From: Macrostomum lignano
Taxonomy: Eukaryota
Length of the DNA stretch: 64,000 bases
NCBI GenBank assembly: GCA_002269645.1
Contig: NIVC01000041.1
Coordinates: forward strand, 598,668 to 662,667
Direction of reading: 5' to 3'
Positions 11,101-21,300 of this stretch are shown piece by piece. Below the pieces are notes generated by a model. That model ran no database searches. It saw only the letters and a list, made by a program, of their open reading frames with translations, and was not told where the DNA came from. The position numbers and the translations under genes are program-made. Each line of letters begins with the position of its first letter. The first letter of the stretch is position 1.

Positions 11101-13150
11101 GCGTCAAAAATCAGAACTTCTGGATATGCTTCGAAAATGCGCACCATTGCCTCCGATTGATATACGATAGCTGAGATTACGCCGCCTGATTCCTGTACCT
11201 CTACCGTTGCGCCTGGCACACTTTGCAGCTGCTCCACAATTGTGATTACGGGATTTGCACCCTTCTTAGCCTCGCGCAGCTGATTCCGTAGGTTTTGCAC
11301 ATCGGAATTTGATACGATCTTTCCGATATTCTCCATTAAATAACTTTTAACTTTTGTAACATTGGCTCCAACATCCAGCATTAACTTGGCACGTTCGCGA
11401 GCATCCTCGGGAAGCTTGCGCTGCTTCCTGGTATGGCGAAATGCCTCCGGTACAATTGTATGGTTATGTTCAGATGACATGGACAGTACAACAAGTTTGT
11501 CACCTGTGCCATTTGCATGAATTACAATCTCAAATGGGCAGTTCTGCCGATGGGATCTGTGGGAATAAAAAATATGCTGCAATGATTCTATGATCGCTAT
11601 TACTTCTATCGAATCCGTCTAATCAATGAATAAATCTTGAATGCTAACGAGTGCATCAATGTAGAGATGACGCACTGCTTTCGAGTGTAGCAACGACCTA
11701 GGCACGAGTGCGCGGAGCGCACGAGTGATTTCGGCCATAGATGCACGAGTGAGCGTTCATGATTTCCATTCTTGTTTGAGCCATTCCTGCTCGAAAGATA
11801 GACTAGAGTGGGAAGAATGTGCAGAAGCGGGGTGTGTGGCGTGTGGGGGTGTGGGAGCGAAGCCTCCACTATTGACCGATAGGTTTAGCCGTAGACAAAT
11901 GTGTACAAGCGTAATTCAATGCCATAGACATTGATAAAATTAAAGCTGTGCCTGGATGGAATGGATCAGGTTTTTTTCCTGCGACCGAGGCTGCGTGTAG
12001 GCTCCGATGGCCTGTGGTACACAAAACAGGCAATTGTATCAATACGCTAGGACCTATGTTAAAGCGCGCATGTCTGCTAGTGCCGAGCTGTCGCGACCCT
12101 ATACAGCGCATTGTGTACGGCCTACTGTAGGGAGCTACACGAATTGCTGGAATTCCGACAGATTACTATCACGAAGGTGACTGGGCACAACGTAATTTCC
12201 AAATTTATATAATTATCTAGTTGAAACAACTGGTGTCATCCTATTAAATTATCTAAAAATCATACATGTTCCATTATTGATTTACAGATAAGTACATCGG
12301 TCAAGGAAGCTAGAGAGGGCATCATGGCCAAGATGAGCAACCACTTGACAGAGGCTCTCGTCGGGCATACATGTACGCCATCAATTGAAGGAACTATACC
12401 GGCAACGGGTCGGCCGAAATAGTGGAAATATCTGAGCAGACTTTTAGCACAGATTCTGCATTACGAATTGCCGCACTGTCAAAAAATCTGAAGATTTTAG
12501 CCGGCGGCACCAACAACATTGTGCAATTTACTTTTGAGTAAGGCCTTGACGCTCTGGGCAGTTGTGTATTTGACATATTGCTTAATTTCTGTATTTTATA
12601 TAGTTGTGTCCCGATCGTTTCTGTAGCTACTAACTGTTACTAACTGTTGTCATACATAATTAAATAAATGTGTCAGCGTGCAGGAATGCAGCGTTAATGA
12701 AATTCGGCCATAGACAATACCATCCTGTGCGGTTTACATGTACATCATTCCCGCACGCTGGCTCAAACAAGAATGTATTTTATATCAGCAAACACCGACC
12801 TTTGGTTTGGACGACTTCCTGCGCCCCTAGGTTGATAGGCCCCTGCGTTCTGGCAAACAAACCGAAGATAGGTGTACTGCAATGCTTGTCTACAAATGCA
12901 GAAGATGAGAAAAGCAGGTAATCACTTTGACAGTTTTGAGTAAAGACAATAATTGAGTATGATATTATTTTGCATTATTTTTGGATCAGAATAAAAATAC
13001 TTACTGAAATTGTCGAGATGGAGCCTTCTTTTTTGCTTGAACAATAGTTGTAGAATCTCTGATCCTAAGGTTAAAAAAGCTTGCTTTCTCAAAGTCTACA
13101 ATGGCCTTTTTTAAATCTTCGTAGGAATCAAAAGTTGCACCTTTCTCCAT
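8151..13150 (-). CDS. MULE transposase, ZSWIM3/FAR1-like, 6 exons (13150-13005, 12889-12800, 11556-9801, 9713-8771, 8681-8378, 8232-8151), 1106 aa
   Basis: All GT-AG junctions are phase-consistent (3321 nt). N-terminus [22 protein letters not shown] resembles the ZSWIM3 N-terminus. CPF...EHNH WRKY/FAR1-type motif; DDE residues IFDATYK, LVDKD, RLESFH; CQFH motif; SWIM finger CQC...PCRH; AT-hook KRRGRPRG; PHD C4HC3 spanning the last intron. The last junction uses a weaker GTGATC donor. Confidence 0.88.
8915..9640 (-). repeat. Coding 18-nt tandem repeat (AERLAE)n inside transposase exon 4
   Basis: Unit GCTCAGCTTCGGCGAGTC on the + strand, in frame with the transposase, with AKRRAE and 5-residue variants. 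Confidence 0.92.
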
Positions 13151-13607
13151 ATTTCAGACACAGACAAATTAGCTAGCAGATATATAGATTCAGGCCTTAT
13201 GCTCTAGACAAATATAGGTCTTTATAATTTAAACTATATAGTACAAATATACTATGCATAGCATATTGCACATTATAAAATATAGAATCTTTGAGATTGT
13301 TTTTTAGTTGAAAGAGAAGTTAATTGGAAATTCTATGTAAAAAAATCAATCGGTACACACGATTTAGGGCTTTATTGAATAATACCACCGTATTTTATAT
13401 ATTATTTGGAGCTAGCTTGCTTGCGTCTGAGGTTTAAACTACACAAATAAAGACTAATATTATTATAACAAACTTATAGTTGTTTTGTTATCGACATCGT
13501 TAGAGTAAGTTCCGTGTTATTTATTTATATAATAAAACTTATGTTTCATTTATATATTCTCTAGCATAATAACAATAAATGCGTTAATAAAAAAGTATTA
13601 TTTCTGT

Positions 13608-13770
13608 CCGCCGTGCACGCAAGCATAGCATTACGTGCACGGCAACCGTTCACGCAATTCTTATATTATATGCACGGCCGCCGTGCACGTAAGTAGAACA
13701 TTACGTGCACGGCAGCCGTTCACGCAATTCTTATACTATATGCACGGCCGCCGTGCACGCAAGCTCTTCG
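13608..13770 (-). repeat. Right TIR of the MULE (~163 bp)
   Basis: Near-perfect reverse complement of the left end starting at 5192. Confidence 0.92.
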
Positions 13771-15367
13771 TATCCCCACGGTACCGTAGGAATAATTTCT
13801 GTCTTATTCCAATGGTACCGTGCGAATAATTTTCTGCTTATTCGCACGGCACACTGAGGAGATAGCTGCCCTATCTTCTACATATGCCGTGCGAATTATT
13901 TTCTGCTTATCCGCACGGCACACTGATGAGATAGCTGCCCTATCTTCTACATATGCCGTGTGGGAAGTTTAGTACATACGATTTGAGTACAGTATAACAA
14001 CTTTGTTGAATTATTGTTGAATAAGTTGAATAAGATAAAGAAGGGTATCAGTAAAGCAGAATAACATGCATTTACACATGCATATACTAGTCTAGAACTG
14101 ATTTGAGTTTATACATCAAGATCAACAGCTTCTTATTATCCTCAGTTCAAATTCCTTTTCAATAAGCTATAAACTATTCACGCATAGCATATATATGTAG
14201 CAGATAGGGCAGCTAGTAAAGCAGAAGGAATAAAATAGAGGCAGCTATCTCGTCAGTGTGCCGTGCGGATAAGCAGAAAATTATTCGCACGGCATATGTA
14301 GAAGATGGTACCGTGGGGATAAGCACTGCCTTTTTTAAAATGCACAGAGCATTCTTGAAAATTGCACATAGGCCTTAGCTGCAGGGCAGTCCAAAGACGC
14401 AGCGGGGAGGCCAAAGTTGCCCATTTTGCTAGCATATAGGCCTAGCATTCTCAAAAATTGCACACAACATTCTTAAAAATTTTACATAGCAATATTAAAA
14501 ATTGTACACCACAAAATTAAAAATTGCATACAGCAATATTGAAAATTGCATACAGCATTCTCATAAACTGTACAGAGCACATGTTGATCACTGATATTTT
14601 TAATTACACTTAACTTTATTTTCTAGGCCTAGCCGGCAGCCACCTAGTCCACTCATTCATGGCCATAGACATAGGCCTAGCTAGTTTTAGACTCTGAAAA
14701 CTTTAATCAAGTTTACCAAAACTGCAAACTAGTTTGCCCATAGCAAGCAAAGGCCTAGTTCTAGAGTCTTACTTGTCTAACCTATTTAAGTATTATCAGC
14801 CTGAGCTGAGCCTAGGCCTAGGGCGGGGCTAATAAGCCAAGAAAATATTATTAGGCCTAGTTAAATAATTCATTTAGAATCTGACTTAGGTCTACCTTGG
14901 AAGTCTATCACTTCCATTGTGTTGCCATGGGTACCCATCACACTTATAATCTTCCAAATCAGTTTCACTTTCTGGCTTAAATAAATAAATTGTTCCACCT
15001 TGGGGTCGAAACAGTGTTGTCGCAGCTGGCCCGGCCGGGCCGCGAAAATACCAACACCGTATACGATCCATTCATTCATTCCTATCGCTATTAAAATACG
15101 TCCTAAATGAAATAAAAAGTGATTTTTTATTTTATGACAGATCATTCTCCTAACTATTTAATTAAATGCAACTATTGGATGTTTTCTGTACTGAATCATT
15201 TTTTGTTAATATGCATCAACTTATTTAAGATGGGTGTTTTCCAGAAAAGAGATCTGGAAACGAGCTGTGCAATTCGATCACGGACACGGTAAATTTATCA
15301 AGTTAGTTAGGCCTACATGTCCAATCAGACTATTGTTAACTTAACTTGAAAACAATTGATATCTGAC

Positions 15368-18300
15368 ATGGAGTTACAAGAACATGTTTTAGTTACACGT
15401 GTTGATAATGTGTCGATTTTAAAGATTGGTTCGCCTCCTCAAGTTTCTGCATGTCTTTCACTGACATCATATTTTTCTGTGTTTTTTACTTCAGATGGAA
15501 GACAAATCGTAAGTAAAATTGATTCTCTTGCTTTTCAAGTCATACTGTCTTGAAAAATTAAACTCCAAAATAATTTTTAAGTAACAAGTTATCCTAGCAT
15601 TCCTAATTCATAGTAATTTGGTAATTCCCCATGGTCAAGAAGGTGCACCATGTGCACCGCAACAAATCCCCAGTCAAATTTTTAACTGTGCACTGTAGGC
15701 CAGGTAAAAAAGTGCATGTGCACCAAGAAAAAGATATTTGCACCTTGTATTACTATTAGGCCTAGTAGCTAGAAGCTATTATACAGCAATGTAACAAATT
15801 ATAGGTTTTGCAAAATGCATCAGTCAAAGACATAAAAGAAAGCAAAAAAGCACAATTCTAAAAAAATAAATGTCCATGTCATCCTCAGACTTCGATTCAG
15901 CCAGTTCACAGTTGTAGACTTAACATCCAATGAATAATCAGACTTCTTCAAGTTTATGTTGATAAAATATTTCCATTTTTTTATTTTTCTGAAATTTTCA
16001 CCAGAAACTTAGGGGATGCTCAAAATGATAAAAAAGCAAAAAAATCACCAAAAAACTAAATTCTGTGGTGATGTGGCCTCAGTTTATTAATCCCTTATAT
16101 TGTCAATAAGAATTCAAAAAAAATTGTTTCAATGAATTTTGAATTTAAAAATGAACATTTTTTGAAACAAAAAGCGAAATCCAAAAACGTGGGATAAAAT
16201 GGTAAAACAAATCTGCGGACATTCGATGGAAAGTAATGTATCTAAAAAAGGTTTTTGAAAGATAGATAGGTCTTTAAAAATAGTTCTGGATAAAAACTAT
16301 TGTTTTCCCATAGCTGGGAAGGTGGCAGTTTTTGGTGAATTTTCCGGCGCAAATTGGCCCTTTTTTGGCATACACGGCGCACATGGCGTACAAGGAAAAA
16401 TCGGAAATGCTCTGGCGGTGCACATGGCGCATGGCGCTGAAAAAAATATATAGTTACACATCGTTATACTTTGCAAAATATATAGTGTCAGGCCTAATTC
16501 CATAATTCGTAAAATAAAATTACGTAAATTACGTAAATCACGATATACAATACGTAAATGAAATTCAAATTTGTCTACCGTAAATTCCTTACGGTAGAAT
16601 AAATACCTTACCTTTCCTTACCTTACCTTATCATGGCGCGCTGCGGTGCACGAAATCTTTTCTTCATGGCGCACGGCGCACAGTGCTCAAAAGCCATCAA
16701 AATAGTTCCAGCGCACACTGTGCCACCTTCCCGACTATGGTTGTTTTCATGCTTTATATTGTTGAATAAATAAGAAAAAACCACCAAAAAGCATTTTGAA
16801 AGTCCAAGTTGACCGATTTGCAATTTTTTATTTCACTTTTTTTCATTATTAAACAATTAATTTTAAGACTTGTAGGCCTTAGAGAAGGCTAATTTTTTTA
16901 TTACTTACAAAACAGAAAGTAATCTGTGTTTTACTTTTTATTCAATTCAAAAAGATGAAGTATTTCTAAGGATTTCATAGTTTTTCTAAAACCATATAAA
17001 CTCGCAAAAATTCATACTAATATAAAGTGCAAAGTTTGCCAGCAAACATCTTTCTCTAAAAGTAAATATATCGCTAATTCCTTGTTGCAAAATAATCTTT
17101 AAGTTGTTTTCTTTCATTTAAATATCAACTTGCATACTGCATAGTATTAGTGTTTGTAATATGCCTATATTTAGACTTCAAAATTTTGGGTAAAAAATGG
17201 TATCACAAAATGTGAACCCGGCATCCAAATCAGATGCTTACTGTATGCTCATTAAGCGACAAAGAACAATGAAATTACACTAAAACATGTATCATCGTGG
17301 CGTATATGCAGGAAAAAAAGAATTTTCCAAATTGCTTCAGTAGAAGCTGAGTAAAATGCAATTTTCCAATCCTTATGGGAATTCCAATGTGTTACCCGGC
17401 TTCTAAATCAGATGCTTACTGTATGCTCATTAAGCGACGAAGAACAATGAAATTACACTAAAACATGTATCATCGCGGCGTGTATGCAGGAAAAAAGAAT
17501 TTTCCAAATCGCTTTAGTAGAAGCTGAGTAAAATGCAATTTTCCCATCCTTACAGGAATTTGTATGTTTAAATAATAAACTTACGTTGAATACAATTTAT
17601 TGCAAACGAACTCTACAAAATATACATTGTCAAGAGTAACAAAAGTGATAAACAAATAAACCCTTGAAAATAATGTTAAATATGTTGTAGAATTATAGAG
17701 TGTAACATTATAAGATAGTTAAAGTTAATAAAATACATTATTATAGCTTTTCTATCATTTTCATTAGACTCATTTTAGGTCGTAATTAAACTTACCGTTT
17801 TAACAAATCATTTTATTAAAAATAAATCTATACAAAAATAATTTGTGCTTTAATAGACTTTTTTACGTTTTAAAAACTTGAATAAATTTATTTTATAGCT
17901 TTATTGCTTTCGAATTGCCAAAAAAACAAATTTTCATAAAACTTGCCCCTAATTTTTGGATTTCACCAAAAATAAGTTAAAATGTTTATAAATATAAAAT
18001 TAAAAAATCACAAGTAATATTAAACATTTTACAATTATAATGTACAGTGAATACGAGGGGCATTCAAAAAGTTTTGGCAACTGCATATGCAGATATACTT
18101 TGGCTCAAGCAAAACACACTAAATTTTAGGGACATTTTTAGTAACATGCCTGAGACCACCATATAAATTTTCAGCTCAATGGCTTCACCCGTTATTGCAC
18201 AATTCACACTTAACCATACCTACGTTTCAGCTTCTGACAAATTATGGAAAATATCAGCTCAGAAAACACGCGCTTCTACATCTTCATGCGCGCACAACTT

Positions 18301-21300
18301 GGAGAAAATGCCACCAAAATCCATGCCGACTTAGCACAGGTGATAGGGGATCAAGCTCCATCTTATCGCACCGTTGCGCGATGGATTGAGGCTTTTGGCG
18401 CCGGCAGGAGCAGCCTCTGTGACGACCCTCGATCGGGGAGGCCGAGCACAGCCGTGACCAAGAGCAACATTGACACTGTGCAATCGCTGGTGGCTGAGGA
18501 CCCAAACATTTCTGTTGCCATGCTGAGCCAGACACTTGACATATCTGAGGGCAGCGTTTTCACCATCCTGAATGAGCAGCTCGGGCTCAGGAAGATCACA
18601 GCTCGTTGGGTGCCACATCAGCTCACTGAGGAGCAGCGCCAGGAGCGGGTTCGCTGCAGTCAGGAGTTCTTGCGATGCTTCGGTTCTGGCGGCACCAAGC
18701 GCCTCTCTGACATTGTCACCGGTGACGAGAAGTGGTTTTACTACTTCCAGGTGCCCAACAAGAGCCAGAACAAGGTTTGGATTGGCGCAGATGAAGAGCG
18801 TCCAACAGTTCTGCAATCAGCATTTTGCTCACGCAAGCAGATGTTCGTTGTGTTCTTCAGCATCTGTGGCCCAGTAGCTGTTGTCATGGTGCCCAAAGGC
18901 CAGAATGTGAACGCCAGCTTCTATACCAGCACTGCCCTGCCAGCTGTCGTTGATTTCGTGCGGCAAAATCAACGCACGCGCTTGGAGTCAGGTCGCATCC
19001 ACCTTCACCATGACAATGCGTCAAGCCACACTGCGGCGATGACTTCAGCATTTCTGGAGGAGAATCGGCTGAAAACCGTTCGCCACCCGCCCTACAGCCC
19101 GGACTTGGCTCCGTGCGACTTCTGGGCCTTCCCGAAACTGACCGAGAGGCTGGCTGGGTGCCAATTTCAGAGGCCGCAAGACCTGGCGCGCGCTATCAAT
19201 TCAGAGTTGAGGGCATTCACTGAATCGGAGTACCGCGGCGCCTTTGATTCGTGGCTACGGAGGCATCAGAAGTGCATAGAGCGCGGCAGAGACTACATAG
19301 AAGGACTGTAAACCCTTACTTTTAGAATAATGAGCTTGCACTAGGTTTTAGTAGCCTGTTGCCAAAACTTTTTGAATACCCCTCGTATAAATAACTTTAT
19401 CAAATTGGATATTGAGTTTTGTTATAATGTCAAATAATTGCCACATCACAGCTTCCTATTTTTTAAATTTGCCATATCTACAATGTGCTGACAAACATCT
19501 AATACATTCTGATTTGTTGCTATCTTTGACATTGTGGTAAACATTAATCTCTTGCCAAATGAATTAATGATATAAATAATTAATCATATTATAAATGTCT
19601 GTAATATTCAAGTTTGCATTGATTAAATCAACTTCCATGAAGAATCCCCTACCCAAAAACCCCTTATCCCATTCTATGCCCAGATATTTGATCACATACA
19701 TGCGCAACTGCTGGCCAATCTGGCCACTGTAAATTGTGGTGGACCAGGGGTAAGTTGCAAAAATGCCCAGCCTAAAGAATATGGATGTAGTACTAATCAG
19801 ATGACAAGGCATTTAGCTCTTATAATGCAGTCAAAGTTACTCCTGCCATTTAACCAAAATTGCATTAAGGTTTCTTTCACAGGTAAGTCGCATTTTTGGT
19901 CAAAAAGTAAGTCGCATGGCCAGTGTAAATCAGCGGGGTTGTGCGTGTATGGTTGATCATTGACCTTTTTCTTCCTTCTATTTTGGAGAAAGATTGATCT
20001 TTCTTCTATTGAGTCTAGAATTTATCAACACCTTGAATGGGTCTGACTCTAGGCCTCTATTCAAGTTTTTGTTGATAAAAGTAACCCCCATCAAGGATCC
20101 CCTACCCATAAACCCCCTATTTCCCATGCCCTAGTATTTGGTCATTGACCTTTTGGTAGGCCCTAGGGTTTACATTCCCTAGTTTATATTATTGAATTGA
20201 ATATTTGAGAAAGAGCAAATACACATTTATATGTCACACTTTATGTGAAAAAAATTTTTATTGCATGAGACTGCACCCTAAGTGCCACGCATTATGTGCC
20301 GTGTGCACCAAAAAATTCCTTTGTGTGCACCACAATTTTTCATGACATATATCACTTTCCTGACTGTGATAATTCCCTTTATTATAGACCAAGTCAGGGT
20401 GATTTTATATATGCTAGAAGTTACCCAAAAATCTTACTGCATATTGAAAAGCTTTAAAGCAGCAATCAGCATAATTGAGAACCTTTTTTTGCAAGAACAA
20501 AACCTGCTACATACTTTAGAGGCTTGTCTAGTTTGGCTCTAGGGTGAACTCAAAGCTTGGCATTGACAAGTCATTGACAAGCTATACAGTAGCTAAGAGT
20601 TAAGGGCTTCTGCACCTTATCAGCAGAATTATCTGCATTCACAGAAGCTCCGAGCTGGTTCTTGTTTCCTGTGTCGATTGCAGCTATGCACTTGTCATTC
20701 TGGCAGTTCCAACCTTGTGCAGTTGATTGCACCAATCCACTTGCGGCAATTGATTGAAGTGTGCTAAAAATGCTATGACTTCTGGCTTGTTGTTAAATCT
20801 GTTGTGTCCATAAACCAGGCTGAACAAGTTCTGTATAAATTATGAAACAAAGTACAAAACAAGTTTTATTCAGTTTTGATTTCTGAATAATTTAAGTTAT
20901 TCAGCTACAATTACAAATACTATATGACTGTACAATTCAAAATGTTTAAATTTAATGATTGACTTTTGCAATAGCAGCAATAGATTTATTTGCAATGATT
21001 CTATGTAGTTCTGTTGTTTATTGTCTATTATTAATATTTGTAAAACATAAATTTAGTAAAATGCTGGACTTACAAAGTCATACCATGAAGAAGTTTGAAA
21101 AGCTTATAAAAATACTCACCTCCACATGATCCTGAGTCAGTCTTCTAGTACAGACAAAGTCAAAGCTATCCATAAGGATTAGAGATTCTGCCAGTTTTGA
21201 GATTGATGCAATTGAAGTCAGCCACAGGCCTTGAATTTCGCAGTCATTTTTGCAGCACGACAGCCTAAAGGGTGAAATATCCGGCTCTTGACAAACTTGC

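Larger units (their letters stand above)
5192..13770 (-). mobile_element. Autonomous Mutator-like (MULE) DNA transposon, 8579 bp
   Basis: TIRs start CGAAGAGCTTGCGTGCACGG at both ends. Perfect 9-bp TSD TATCCCCAC at 5183-5191 and 13771-13779. Contains a MULE DDE transposase gene. Confidence 0.95.
5174..14330. mobile_element. Non-autonomous MULE-type MITE (~570 bp after removing the insert), interrupted in its left TIR by the autonomous MULE
   Basis: Removing 5192-13770 and one TSD restores GGCAGTGCTTATCCCCACGGTACC, a perfect 24-bp inverted match to 14307-14330. Flanked by direct repeat TTTTTTAAA at 5165-5173 and 14331-14339 (low complexity, so weaker evidence). Carries 69-bp subterminal repeats with 12-bp hairpins. 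Confidence 0.75.
15630..20369. mobile_element. Older degenerate member of the CCATAG-TIR family, containing the younger MITE and the mariner
   Basis: Degenerate ends (C)CATGGTCAAGAAGGTG and CACTTTCCTGACTGTGA. Direct repeat TAATTCCC at 15622-15629 and 20370-20377. TGTGCACC motifs near both ends. The left end is one base short of the consensus. Confidence 0.4.

Noticed and set aside
14870-15145. Possible upstream coding exons of the 496-3306 gene, divergent from MTMR9
   Set aside because: The candidate donors give in-frame stops when joined to the acceptor near 3335; no supported coding link.
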